Positions 38,257-47,913 of a DNA stretch of 64,000 bases are shown piece after piece; the first letter of the stretch is position 1, and each line of letters starts with the position of its first letter. Made by a program: the position numbers and the translations under genes. The notes under the pieces are model-generated. The model was not told the DNA's origin. It saw nothing but the letters and a program-made list of their open reading frames with translations, and did not search any database. The DNA comes from Candidatus Multivoradales bacterium (GTDB lineage Bacteria > Acidobacteriota > Thermoanaerobaculia > Multivoradales > JAHEKO01). Location of the stretch: assembly GCA_965223855.1 (NCBI GenBank), contig CBDCXM010000009.1, positions 832,001-896,000 of the forward strand. Direction: 5' to 3'.

Positions 38257-39560
38257 TGCGCCGCAACCGGAATCTGATTCTTGCCCTCGCCGTCGTCGCG
38301 GCATCGACGCCCTTTGCCGGAGCCGAGAGCCTCGCCATCACCGGCGGCACCGTCCATCCGGTCTCGGGCGAGTCGTTCGTCGGTACCGTGGTGATCGAAG
38401 ACGGCGTCATCGCCGCCGCCGGAGCCGATCTCGACGTCGTGACCGACGCCACGATCGACGCGACCGGTCTCCACGTCTATCCCGGGCTCTTCGACGCCTT
38501 CAGCCAGCTCGGTCTGGTGGAGGTCAACGCGGTCGCGGCGACCGACGACCAGGCGGAGATGGGGACCTACAACCCGCACCTGCGCGCCGCCACGGCGATC
38601 CACCCGGCGAGCCGGGTCCTCGGCGTGACCCGCGCCAACGGCATCACCCACTCGGTGGTCGCACCGCAGGCCGACGGCGACGGCGTCATCTCCGGTCAGG
38701 CGGTGCTGGTGAACCTCGACGGCTGGACGGTCGAGGAGATGACCGTCGAGCCCGACGTCGCAATGATCGTCTACTGGCCCGAGATCCAGACCCGCAGCTT
38801 CGACTTCTCCACCTTCAGCGTGCGCGAAACGCCGTTCGCAGAGGCGAAGGAGAAGGCGGAAGAGCAGGCCAACGAGCTGCGCGACTGGCTCGACGCCGCG
38901 CGCCACTACCACGCGGCCTCGACGGCCGACGGCAGTCGCGTCGAGCGCAATCTCGAGCTCGAGGCGCTCGCCGGCGTCCTCGATGGCGCTCAGAAAGTGC
39001 TCATCATGGCCGACGCCGAGCGTGACATCGAAGCGGCGGTCGAGTTCGCCGAAGAGCAGGGGCTCTCGATGATCCTCGGCGGCGGGCGCGACGCCTGGAA
39101 GGTGAAGGAGATGCTGGCCGAGAAGGGCATCGGCGTCGTGCTCGGCCTCACCCAGAGCCTGCCGAACAACGAGGACGACCCGTACGACCGGCCGTTCAGG
39201 AACCCCGGCCTGCTGGCCGAGGCGGGCGTCACCATCGCCTTCACCTCCGGCGCCGGCGGCGGCTTCGGCCCCGGCGGCCCCCACCAGTCGCGCACCACCC
39301 CGTACGAGGCCGGCACGGCCGCCGCCTACGGGCTCGACCGCGAGGCGGCCATCCGGGCGCTGACCCTCGGCCCGGCCGAGATCTACGGCGTCGCCGACCG
39401 CCTCGGCTCGATCGAACCGGGCAAGATCGCCAATCTCATCGTCACCGACGGCGATCCGCTGGAGATCACGACACAGGTCTTGCACCTGGTGATCGGCGGC
39501 CAGGAGGTCTCGACCGACAACTACCACCGCGACCTCTACGAGACCTATCGCGGGCGGTGA
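38256..39560 (+). CDS. Secreted amidohydrolase-family protein lacking metal ligands
   Basis: SD GGAGG; signal peptide; YPGLFDAFS, GSIEPGKIANLIV. Confidence 0.85.
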   Translation: MRRNRNLILALAVVAASTPFAGAESLAITGGTVHPVSGESFVGTVVIEDGVIAAAGADLDVVTDATIDATGLHVYPGLFDAFSQLGLVEVNAVAATDDQAEMGTYNPHLRAATAIHPASRVLGVTRANGITHSVVAPQADGDGVISGQAVLVNLDGWTVEEMTVEPDVAMIVYWPEIQTRSFDFSTFSVRETPFAEAKEKAEEQANELRDWLDAARHYHAASTADGSRVERNLELEALAGVLDGAQKVLIMADAERDIEAAVEFAEEQGLSMILGGGRDAWKVKEMLAEKGIGVVLGLTQSLPNNEDDPYDRPFRNPGLLAEAGVTIAFTSGAGGGFGPGGPHQSRTTPYEAGTAAAYGLDREAAIRALTLGPAEIYGVADRLGSIEPGKIANLIVTDGDPLEITTQVLHLVIGGQEVSTDNYHRDLYETYRGR

Positions 39561-39567
39561 CACGGCG

Positions 39568-41091
39568 GTGAGTCGGTCCGGCAGCTCGGGAGAGGGGCCG
39601 GATCGGCCATTGCCTTCGAGCCAGGTACCGGCACGCCCCGGCGTCGCCCTCCGGCTCGGGGCGGCGCTCGTGCTGCTGCCGCTGGCCGTCCTCGTCCTGC
39701 TGGTCGCCCTCGACTGGCCGGCCGGGGACGGCGCCACCGAGGGCGATCACGCCCTGATCGAGCTGTCGGTCCGCGAAGCGGCGGCCGGCCGGCAGTGGAC
39801 CGGCGCCTACTCCCGCTGGGGTTGGGACCACCCGGGGCCGCTGTGGTTCTACCTGATGGTGCCCCTCTACCTCGCAACGGGAGGCTCCTCGTGGGGGCTG
39901 GCGCTCGGAGCGGCACTGCTCAACCTGCTTTGTGCGGCATTTCTCGTGGCCGTCGCGCTGCGGCGTTGCGGGAACGGGCTTGGCGGTTGGTTGGCGCTGT
40001 TCGTGCTGGCGCTCTTCTTCGCCGCCTTTCAGACGTACCACCCACCGCTGTCACTGATCTCGATCTGGAACCCGGTGGTCGCCGTTCTGCCGCTCGGAGC
40101 GTTGCTGGCGCTGGCGCTCCTTGGATCGGGCGGCCGCTGGGAGCTCTACACAGCGGTGGCGCTCCACGCCGTCGTCTGTCAGTCGCATGTGTCGCTGGTG
40201 GCTGTCGCGACAGTGGCGTTGCTGGCGGTGGGCGCCAGGGAGATTGGGGTTGCCAGGGACCGGATGCGACAGCTCGTCGGACCCGCACTGGCGATAGTGG
40301 CGCTCTGGTCGCTGCCGCTCCTGGACCTCCTCATCGGTCAACGCAACCTGATCGATCTTGCGCGCTTCCTGCTGGCGCCGCCCTACGAGGCGATCGGCCT
40401 CTCCCGGGCGATCGCCGAGGGGTCGGTCGCCTTTTCGCGACCGCTCTGGTTCCCGTTCGTCGAGCAGGCGCCGGCGTGGCTGGCTGGTCTCCTGAGCGCG
40501 GTCGTCGTTCCGTTCGTGATCTCGCGTTTCCGCTCGGGGGGTCGCCATGCCCGCGCGGCTCGGTTGTCGCTGCTACTCCTGGTCGTTGCCGCCGTCACTC
40601 TCGCGCGCGGCGACGCCGGCAACCTCTCTCACACGCGGTGGCTGCCGATGCTGACGACGCTCCTGCTGCTGGTCTCGTGTGCCGGCCTGACCGGACCGCG
40701 ACCTCGGCCCGTCGTGCGCTGGATCGGCATGATCGTGCTCTCAACGCTGGCCGTCTGGCAGCTCCTCTTCGTGGAGCCGCGTCTCGAGCGGATCCGCGAG
40801 ACGGTCGAGACGAAGCACAAGCGCTACGAGGATGTCGTCGCCGAACTCGGCGAGGAGGCCCTCGGCAGCGAGGTGCTCAGCACTTCGGGTTCGATGAACC
40901 GGCGCTTTCCCGGACTCGTCCTTGCGCTCTCGAAGCGGGGCGTCGCCGTGACGGTAGACGACTCGTGGGAAGCACAGTTCGGTCGTGCAGTGGCATACGG
41001 ACCTACCGCGACTCTGCAGGTGGAAGAGCTGCCGCTCGAGAGCCAGCCTCTGGCGGGCCGACAAGGGCTCTGGCTTTACCTGGTGCGGTAG
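39568..41091 (+). CDS. Polytopic membrane protein, probable GT-C type glycosyltransferase
   Basis: Many TM helices; GDHALIEL...GAYSRWGWDHPGPLWFY, IWNP, QSH. Confidence 0.65.
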   Translation: MSRSGSSGEGPDRPLPSSQVPARPGVALRLGAALVLLPLAVLVLLVALDWPAGDGATEGDHALIELSVREAAAGRQWTGAYSRWGWDHPGPLWFYLMVPLYLATGGSSWGLALGAALLNLLCAAFLVAVALRRCGNGLGGWLALFVLALFFAAFQTYHPPLSLISIWNPVVAVLPLGALLALALLGSGGRWELYTAVALHAVVCQSHVSLVAVATVALLAVGAREIGVARDRMRQLVGPALAIVALWSLPLLDLLIGQRNLIDLARFLLAPPYEAIGLSRAIAEGSVAFSRPLWFPFVEQAPAWLAGLLSAVVVPFVISRFRSGGRHARAARLSLLLLVVAAVTLARGDAGNLSHTRWLPMLTTLLLLVSCAGLTGPRPRPVVRWIGMIVLSTLAVWQLLFVEPRLERIRETVETKHKRYEDVVAELGEEALGSEVLSTSGSMNRRFPGLVLALSKRGVAVTVDDSWEAQFGRAVAYGPTATLQVEELPLESQPLAGRQGLWLYLVR

Positions 41092-41174
41092 CGGATCGAG
41101 GCGCTCCGGAGCCCGGCTGCGGTGCTACCTTATGTTCCTGTTTCAAGGCGCCGACACTCCTATGGAGACCCTGC

Positions 41175-44100
41175 ATGTCCGCTGACCGAGATCTGATGCG
41201 CGTCCTCGATGCGTTGCGCGAGCTGTCGACGTCGGAGCTCGACAAGGGGCATCGCTTCGAGCGCCTGATGCTGGGCTTCCTGCGGGTTGCGCCGCAGTGG
41301 GCGACGAAGTTCTCGCACGTCTGGCTGTGGCAGGACTGGCCGGGGAACGGCGGCAAGGTCGATACCGGTATCGATCTGGTGGCCGAGCACGCCGACGGCT
41401 CGGGTCTGACGGCGATCCAATGCAAGTTCTTCGACGCTGCGAGCTCGCTGACACTCAAGGAGACCGGCACCTTCTTTGCGGCCTCCGAAGGGGCTCCGTT
41501 CACCGAGCGCATGCTGATCGCCACCACTTCGAAGTGGTCGGGGCATCTGCTCGACGCGATCGAGAAGCACGACAAGCCCACCGTCCGCCTCACCCTTCCC
41601 GATCTGGCCGACTCCGGCGTCGACTGGAGCGCCTGGAAGGACGACGGCTCGACCCCACTCCAACGCTGCACCCGCAAGCCGCTGCCGCATCAGGTGACGG
41701 CGATCGACAGGGTCCTCGCCGGCTTCGAGCAGCACGACCGCGGCCAGCTCATCATGGCGTGCGGTACCGGCAAGACCTTCGCCGGGCAGGTGATCGCCGA
41801 GCGGCTGGTGGGGAGCGATGGTTTGGTGCTGGTCCTGCTGCCGTCGATCTCGCTGCTGTCGCAGACGGTCAAGGAGTGGGCGGCGTGGTCGTCGCTGCCG
41901 CTGACGCCTTTCGCGGTCTGCTCCGACACCCGGGCTGGGGCGAAGGGCGATCAGGAGGACCTGTCGCCGTTCGATCTCGTGGTGCCGGCGACCACTGATC
42001 CGGAGGTGCTGCTCGACAACCTCGGCCGCGCCCCCGAGGGGCATCTGCGGGTGATCTTCTCCACTTACCAGTCCTCGCCGGTGATCTCCGCCGCGCAGGC
42101 TGCCGGGCTCGGCCGCTTCGACCTGGCGATCTGCGACGAGGCCCACCGCACCACCGGCGTGACGCTGGCCGGCGACGAGGACTCGAACTTCACCCGTATC
42201 CACGACGACGAACAGATAGCCGTCGCCCGGCGGCTTTACATGACGGCGACGCCACGTGTCTACAGCGACGGCTCGAAGGCCAAAGCGAGCGCTGAAGACG
42301 CCGTACTGGCGTCGATGGACGACGCGGCCACCTTCGGCCCCGAGTTCCACCGCATCGGTTTCCGCGAGGCGGTCGACCGGGGCCTGCTGACGGACTACAA
42401 AGTACTCGTACTGGCGGTCGACGAGCGGTCAGTCTCGACCGCCTTCCAGGACCTGATCTCGGACGCCGACCACGACCTGCGGCTCGAAGGGGCGGCGCGG
42501 ATGGTCGGCTGCCTCAACGCGCTCACCAAGCGCAACGCCCTCGGCAAAGCGTTCTCTGCGAGCGACACCGTGCCGATGCAGACCGCGCTCGCCTTCCACA
42601 CCACCATCGCCCAGTCGCAGGAGTTCGCGGCGCTCCTGAGTGAGGTTGCCGACCGTTACGACACCATGGTCGAGGACTTCGACGTCGCCGTCGAGGTCGA
42701 CCACGTCGACGGCGGCCACCACGCCCTCGAGCGCGAGGAGAAACTCGCCTGGCTCGCCGCCGACGTCGGCGACGACCGGGTGCGGGTGCTCTCCAACGCC
42801 CGCTGCCTCACCGAGGGGGTCGACGTGCCGACCCTCGACGCGGTGATGTTCCTCGAGCCGCGCAACTCGATGGTCGACGTCATCCAGGCGGTCGGCCGGG
42901 TCATGCGGCGCGACCCGACCGGGCGCAAGAAGCTCGGCTACGTCATCCTGCCGATCGGCATCCCGGCCGGCATCACGCCGGAGGAAGCGCTCGCCGACAA
43001 CCAGACCTACAAGGTGGTCTGGCAGGTGCTCAATGCGCTCCGCTCCCACGACGAGCGCCTGAACGCGGTCATCAACCAGCTCGAGCTCAACCGCGAGAAG
43101 CCGAAGCTCGTCGACATCCTCCCCGGTGGCGTCGGAGCCGTGGCGGGTGTGGCTGAGGACGAGGTGGACGCCTACGGCCGCCAGCTCACCCTCGGCTTCC
43201 CGATCGGCGAGGTCAGCGAGGCGATCTACGCCCAGCTCGTGAAGAAGGTCGGCACCCGCCACTACTGGGAGGACTGGGCGACCGACATCGCCGCCATCGC
43301 GGCGCGCCACGAGACCCGCATCCGCAGCCTGCTCGACGCGGGCGACGGTGACGGAGCGGAAGTGGCGGCGGAGTTCGAGCAGTTCGTCACCGGCCTGCGC
43401 GCCAACCTCAACGACGCCATCTCGACCGACGACGTCATCGGCATGCTCTCGCAGCACCTGATCACCCGCCCGGTGTTCGAGGCGCTGTTCGAGGGCTACG
43501 ACTTCATCGGCTCGAACCCGGTGTCGATCGCCATGCAGGGGATGATCGACCGCCTCGATCACCACAGTCTCGACAAGGAGGCGCGCACCCTCGAGCGTTT
43601 CTATAAGGACGTTCGTTTGCGCGCCGAAGGGATCGACAATGCCGAGGGCAAGCAGCGCATCATCACCGAGCTCTACGAGCGCTTCTTCGCCCGTGCGCTG
43701 CCGAAGACCGCCGATCAGTTGGGCATCGTCTACACCCCGATCGAAGTGGTCGACTTCCTGCTCCACGCCGCGAACGACGCCCTGGAGCGCCATCTCGGCT
43801 GTTCGCTCTCCGACGAAGGGGTCCACGTGCTCGACCCCTTCACCGGCACCGGCACCTTCGTCGTCCGGCTGCTCGAATCGGGGCTCGTCTCGCCGCACGA
43901 CCTGGCGCGCAAGTACGCCAGCGAACTGCACGCCAACGAGATCCTGCTGCTGGCGTACTACATCGCCGCGATCAACATCGAGGCGACCTACCACGACCTG
44001 ACGGCGGGCGCGGGCGACGGCCCGTACCAGGCCTTTCCCGGCATCGTGCTGACGGACACCTTCCAACTGGGCGAGGAGGGCGCCGGCTCCAACCTCGACC

Positions 44101-46019
44101 TGTTTGGCTCCAACAACCGCCGAGCGGAGCGCCAGAACGAGCTGCCGATCCGGGTGATCGTCGGCAACCCGCCCTACTCGGCGGGGCAGACCTCGGCCAA
44201 CGACAACGCGCAGAATCTCAAGTACCCGGCGCTCGACGCCCGGATCGGCGAGACCTACGCCGCGCGTTCCACCGCGACTCTCAAGAACAGCCTCTACGAC
44301 AGCTACATCCGGGCGCTCCGCTGGGCCTCCGACCGCATCGCCGACAACCCGGCCGGCGGGGTGGTGGCGTATGTGTCGAACGGCGGCTACATCGACTCCA
44401 ACGTTGCCGACGGTCTGCGACTGTCGCTGGCGGAGGAGTTCCACCACCTCTACGTCTACAACCTGCGTGGCAACCAGCGCACCGCCGGCGAGCAGTCCCG
44501 CAAGGAGGGTGGCAAGGTCTTCGGCCAGGGGAGCCGCGCGACCGTCGCGCTGCTGCTCGCTGTGCGCGAGGAGGGGGCGGTGCCGGAGAGCGGGGCCGAA
44601 CTCCACTACCGTGACATCGGTGACTACCTCACCCGGGTGCAGAAGCTCGCGCGGTTGCGCGACGAGGCCGCGGCGGAGTCACCGCTGGCGGCGGTCGAGT
44701 GGCAGGAGGTCGAGCCGAACGAGCATGGAGATTGGATCAACCAGCGGTCGGAGCGGTTCGCAACCTTTTATCCGATGCTCGAGCCGGAAGACAAGGACAG
44801 CATTTTCTTGATGCGGACCAGCGGTCTCGTCACCTCTCGGGACGCATGGAACTACAACAGCGGTAGACCCACGTTGCTCAAGAACGTGGAGAAGATGGTC
44901 GAGTTCTTCAACCGGGAGGCAGAGCGTTTCGAGAAGGACCACCCTAGCCTGACCGGCACCATGAAGGAGCTCTCAACGACAGCAAGAAGCTACGTTAGCC
45001 TAGACCCTAGGAAGTTCAGTTGGGACTACTCGGATTTTGGTCGAATCGCTAAGAACGAGCGCCACGAGGTCGACCTCTCGTGGGCGTACGTAGCTCAGTA
45101 CCGTCCCTTCGAGAAGCGGCATGTGATCGCCCAGCCGAGCCTCAACAATCGCACGTATCAGCTCCCTAGGCTCTTCCCTTCGTCAGAGGCTCGAACCCTA
45201 ACGATCACGCTGACGGAGGCGGGTTCACGAGTGCCATTCTCATGCTTGCTTGTTGATCGACTACCCGATAGCAAGGTCTACATCGACGCTATTCGTTGCT
45301 TTCCCATGAGGACGTTCGAAGGTCTAACTAGTGACGAACCGAGCCTGTTCGACAGCCACGAGCAGGACGGTTGGCGGTCGAACCTCTCGCCCACAGCCCT
45401 CGCCCGCTACCAGCAGCTCGATCCTTCCCTCACCGACGAAGACCTCTTCTTCCACGTCTACGGCCTCCTCCACGCCCCCGACTACCGGTCCGCGTTCGCC
45501 GCCGACCTCAAGAAGTCGCTGCCGCGCATTCCGCCGGTGGACACACCGGAACTCTTCTGGGCGTTCAGCAACGCCGGCCGCGCGCTTGCCGATCTTCACC
45601 TGGGCTACGAGGAAGTCGAGCCGTGGCCCGACCTCGAGGTCACCTTCGCCGACGGCTTCGACGACGCCAACCCCGACCACTGGCGGGTCGAGAAGATGCG
45701 CTACCCGAAGGTCACCGATCCCGAGACGAAGAAGAAGGTCAACGACCTCACCACCGTCGTCGTCAACCGCTTCCTCACCGTCGCCGGCATCCCCGAGCGG
45801 GCTCACGACTACCGCCTCGGCTCACGCTCGGCGGTCGACTGGATCCTCAACCAGTACCAGGTCAAGACCCACAAGAAGTCGGGCATCACCAACGACCCCA
45901 ACGACTGGGCGACCGAGCACGGCAAGCCGAGCTACATCTTCGACCTGCTGTGCTCGGTGGTCACGGTGTCGATGAGAACCCTCGACATCGTAGAGGGCCT
46001 GCCGCCTCTCGATCTCTAG
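41175..46019 (+). CDS. Type ISP restriction-modification enzyme (LlaGI/LlaBIII-like): Mrr-type nuclease, SF2 helicase, N6-adenine methyltransferase and target recognition domain
   Basis: DTGIDLV...AIQCKF; MACGTGKT, DEAHRT, MTATP, QAVGRVMR; GIVYTPIEVVDF, LDPFTGTG, VIVGNPPY; NLRGNQRT; YRPF; RSAVDWI. Confidence 0.95.
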   Translation: MSADRDLMRVLDALRELSTSELDKGHRFERLMLGFLRVAPQWATKFSHVWLWQDWPGNGGKVDTGIDLVAEHADGSGLTAIQCKFFDAASSLTLKETGTFFAASEGAPFTERMLIATTSKWSGHLLDAIEKHDKPTVRLTLPDLADSGVDWSAWKDDGSTPLQRCTRKPLPHQVTAIDRVLAGFEQHDRGQLIMACGTGKTFAGQVIAERLVGSDGLVLVLLPSISLLSQTVKEWAAWSSLPLTPFAVCSDTRAGAKGDQEDLSPFDLVVPATTDPEVLLDNLGRAPEGHLRVIFSTYQSSPVISAAQAAGLGRFDLAICDEAHRTTGVTLAGDEDSNFTRIHDDEQIAVARRLYMTATPRVYSDGSKAKASAEDAVLASMDDAATFGPEFHRIGFREAVDRGLLTDYKVLVLAVDERSVSTAFQDLISDADHDLRLEGAARMVGCLNALTKRNALGKAFSASDTVPMQTALAFHTTIAQSQEFAALLSEVADRYDTMVEDFDVAVEVDHVDGGHHALEREEKLAWLAADVGDDRVRVLSNARCLTEGVDVPTLDAVMFLEPRNSMVDVIQAVGRVMRRDPTGRKKLGYVILPIGIPAGITPEEALADNQTYKVVWQVLNALRSHDERLNAVINQLELNREKPKLVDILPGGVGAVAGVAEDEVDAYGRQLTLGFPIGEVSEAIYAQLVKKVGTRHYWEDWATDIAAIAARHETRIRSLLDAGDGDGAEVAAEFEQFVTGLRANLNDAISTDDVIGMLSQHLITRPVFEALFEGYDFIGSNPVSIAMQGMIDRLDHHSLDKEARTLERFYKDVRLRAEGIDNAEGKQRIITELYERFFARALPKTADQLGIVYTPIEVVDFLLHAANDALERHLGCSLSDEGVHVLDPFTGTGTFVVRLLESGLVSPHDLARKYASELHANEILLLAYYIAAINIEATYHDLTAGAGDGPYQAFPGIVLTDTFQLGEEGAGSNLDLFGSNNRRAERQNELPIRVIVGNPPYSAGQTSANDNAQNLKYPALDARIGETYAARSTATLKNSLYDSYIRALRWASDRIADNPAGGVVAYVSNGGYIDSNVADGLRLSLAEEFHHLYVYNLRGNQRTAGEQSRKEGGKVFGQGSRATVALLLAVREEGAVPESGAELHYRDIGDYLTRVQKLARLRDEAAAESPLAAVEWQEVEPNEHGDWINQRSERFATFYPMLEPEDKDSIFLMRTSGLVTSRDAWNYNSGRPTLLKNVEKMVEFFNREAERFEKDHPSLTGTMKELSTTARSYVSLDPRKFSWDYSDFGRIAKNERHEVDLSWAYVAQYRPFEKRHVIAQPSLNNRTYQLPRLFPSSEARTLTITLTEAGSRVPFSCLLVDRLPDSKVYIDAIRCFPMRTFEGLTSDEPSLFDSHEQDGWRSNLSPTALARYQQLDPSLTDEDLFFHVYGLLHAPDYRSAFAADLKKSLPRIPPVDTPELFWAFSNAGRALADLHLGYEEVEPWPDLEVTFADGFDDANPDHWRVEKMRYPKVTDPETKKKVNDLTTVVVNRFLTVAGIPERAHDYRLGSRSAVDWILNQYQVKTHKKSGITNDPNDWATEHGKPSYIFDLLCSVVTVSMRTLDIVEGLPPLDL

Positions 46020-46050
46020 CCTGCCGAGGCACCCGGTAGACTGAACTGCT

Positions 46051-46854
46051 ATGCAGAGCCGTGGCGTCCACCTGCCTCCTCCTCATCGCACCTTCCTCGA
46101 CAACGCTCTCCACCAGCTCCCCGCCGACCCGCGCCTGATCGGCCTCGCCGTCGGCGGCTCGTATCTCGACGACGCGCTCGACGAGTTCAGCGACCTCGAT
46201 TTCGTCGTCGGCGTCGAGCCGGCGGCGTTTGACGAGGTGATGGTGGCACGCCTGAAGATCGCCCGCGGCCTAGGCCCGCTGCTGGCCGGTTTCAGCGGCG
46301 AGCACGTCGGCGAGCCGCGGGTGCTGATCTGCCTCTACGGGCCGCCGCTGCTCCATGTCGATCTCAAGTTCGTCAGCGAGCCCGATCTCGCCGAACGGGT
46401 CGAGGACCCGCAGGTGTTGTGGGAGCGCGACGGGCGGATGACGGCGGCTCTCGAACGGGGAGAGGCGCGGTTCCCGCAGCCCGACCCGCAGTGGATCGAG
46501 GATCGTTTCTGGGTCTGGGTGCACTACGGGGCCGCCAAGATCGGCCGCGGCGAGCTGTTCGAGGCGCTCGGCTTCCTGGCCTTCCTGCGCGAGCGGGTGC
46601 TCGGACCGCTCGCGCTGGCGAGTCGCGGCGAGCAGCCGACCGGGGTGCGCAAGCTCGAGCGGCTGCTGCCCGACCTCCAGCCGGCATTCGAGGCGACCGT
46701 GGCGGCGTACTCGGCGCACTCAGCGGCCGCAGCGCTCGGGGCGGCGTCGGACTTCTACCTCGAGCTGCGGGAGGACCTCGACGTCGAGCGTCACGAGGCT
46801 GCGGAGAGAGAGGCGCTGGCGTATCTCGAGGAGATCGCCGGCCGCGCCGGGTGA
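46051..46854 (+). CDS. Pol-beta superfamily nucleotidyltransferase with helical C-terminal domain (LinB/aminoglycoside adenylyltransferase-like fold)
   Basis: GGSY...DEFSDLDF, LHVDLKF, KIGRGELFEA. Confidence 0.8.
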   Translation: MQSRGVHLPPPHRTFLDNALHQLPADPRLIGLAVGGSYLDDALDEFSDLDFVVGVEPAAFDEVMVARLKIARGLGPLLAGFSGEHVGEPRVLICLYGPPLLHVDLKFVSEPDLAERVEDPQVLWERDGRMTAALERGEARFPQPDPQWIEDRFWVWVHYGAAKIGRGELFEALGFLAFLRERVLGPLALASRGEQPTGVRKLERLLPDLQPAFEATVAAYSAHSAAAALGAASDFYLELREDLDVERHEAAEREALAYLEEIAGRAG

Positions 46855-46857
46855 CGA

Positions 46858-47412
46858 CTACTCTTCTTCCGAGGCCCGGTTCTCAGCCTTCGAGGCCAGG
46901 CGGCGCTCTATCTCGATCTCGGACTGCAGGCGTCGGAGCTTCTCGACGTCGACGAGGTCGATTGGCCGTCCGGAGTCGAGTTTCATGCGGATGAGATCCT
47001 CGAGGCCGAGGAAGCGGGCTGGCACGCCGGTCGCCGCGTCGTCGACGAAGGCGCGCTCGTAGACGGCGTCGAAGTCGAACGGCTCTTCGAGGAAGAGGTC
47101 GATCCGCATCAGAGGGTCGCGCTGGTGATAGAGCTGGAAGACGACCGCGTGCTTCTCTTCCTGCCAGCGCCGGCGCTCCTCCGCGCTGGCGAAGCTCTCG
47201 AAGGGAACCGGAACGGTGGGCTGGTAGCCGAGCTCGACAAGGGCGCCGATGGCTCGCTGGAGGTTCTCGGGCTCTAGCTGGAGCACCAGGTCGATGTCCT
47301 TGGTCGCGCGGACGTAGCCGTGAGCGACGACGGCGACACCGCCGACGACGAGGTAGCGCACTCTTGCTTCTTCGAGTGCCCGCAGGATGGCGACGAAGTA
47401 CTCGACGACCAT
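46858..47412 (-). CDS. Minimal nucleotidyltransferase (DUF6036/AbiEii-like)
   Basis: YLVVGGVAVVAHGYVRATKDIDL, IDLF, LIRMKLDSGRPIDLVD. Confidence 0.82.
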   Translation of the reverse strand: MVVEYFVAILRALEEARVRYLVVGGVAVVAHGYVRATKDIDLVLQLEPENLQRAIGALVELGYQPTVPVPFESFASAEERRRWQEEKHAVVFQLYHQRDPLMRIDLFLEEPFDFDAVYERAFVDDAATGVPARFLGLEDLIRMKLDSGRPIDLVDVEKLRRLQSEIEIERRLASKAENRASEEE

Positions 47413-47429
47413 GTTGGTACTCTACAGGT
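47413..47429. promoter_or_regulatory. Overlapping bidirectional -10 elements (TACTCT on +, TAGAGT on -)
   Basis: TACTCT at 47418-47423 is 6 nt before GTG 47430; TAGAGT (reverse complement of 47419-47424) is 6 nt before ATG 47412. Confidence 0.6.
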
Positions 47430-47642
47430 GTGACCGTGCCGGAACTTCAGCGAGACCCCTGGTTCTACGCCACCTGGGAAGGCAACGAGATCGCCACACT
47501 GCTCGCCGGCGCTCGCCTGACGCTGCCCGAGAAGCTTCAATGGCTCGAGGATGCCTGCCGGATGGCTGAGTATTTCGAGGGGCGCCGGGTCGAGGGGCGC
47601 AGCGTCGAGGCGAAGCAGAAGTCGGGTCCCGAAGCGGAGTAG
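47430..47642 (+). CDS. Small protein, paralog 1 (DPW-x3-TWEG...LTLPEKLQWLE)
   Basis: Clear similarity to the next ORF; GTG start inferred from the -10 element. Confidence 0.7.
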   Translation: MTVPELQRDPWFYATWEGNEIATLLAGARLTLPEKLQWLEDACRMAEYFEGRRVEGRSVEAKQKSGPEAE

Positions 47643-47652
47643 CGTCGTCGGT

Positions 47653-47859
47653 TTGGCCCGCTGGCAACCACCGGGAGACCCGTGGCGCTACGTCACCTGG
47701 GAGGGCGCGGAGCTGGCGAACCTCCTCCACGGTCGAAGCCTGTCAATGCTCGAGAAGCTCGACTGGCTGGAGGAGATGAGCCGCGTCGTCGAGCACCTTC
47801 AGGGGCGGGCGAAGGCAAGGACGCGCGGTCGCTCCGAAGCCGTCGACTGCGGTGACTGA
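47653..47859 (+). CDS. Small protein, paralog 2 (DPW-x3-TWEG...LSMLEKLDWLE)
   Basis: Similarity to the previous ORF; TAGCGT 7 nt before TTG 47653. Confidence 0.65.
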   Translation: MARWQPPGDPWRYVTWEGAELANLLHGRSLSMLEKLDWLEEMSRVVEHLQGRAKARTRGRSEAVDCGD

Positions 47860-47913
47860 CGCCTCCGGCCGTTCAGCGGACAGGCCCCTGCGAAACTCCG
47901 TTTCCGATGCGGG

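Noticed and set aside
39795-41174. 460-aa N-terminal extension of the Type ISP ORF
   Set aside because: Arg/Ala/Gly-rich off-frame translation overlapping the membrane gene 39568-41091; the recognisable protein starts at ATG 41175.
46051-46854. Calling this a lincosamide or aminoglycoside resistance gene
   Set aside because: Only the general nucleotidyltransferase fold is recognisable; the substrate cannot be inferred from the sequence alone.
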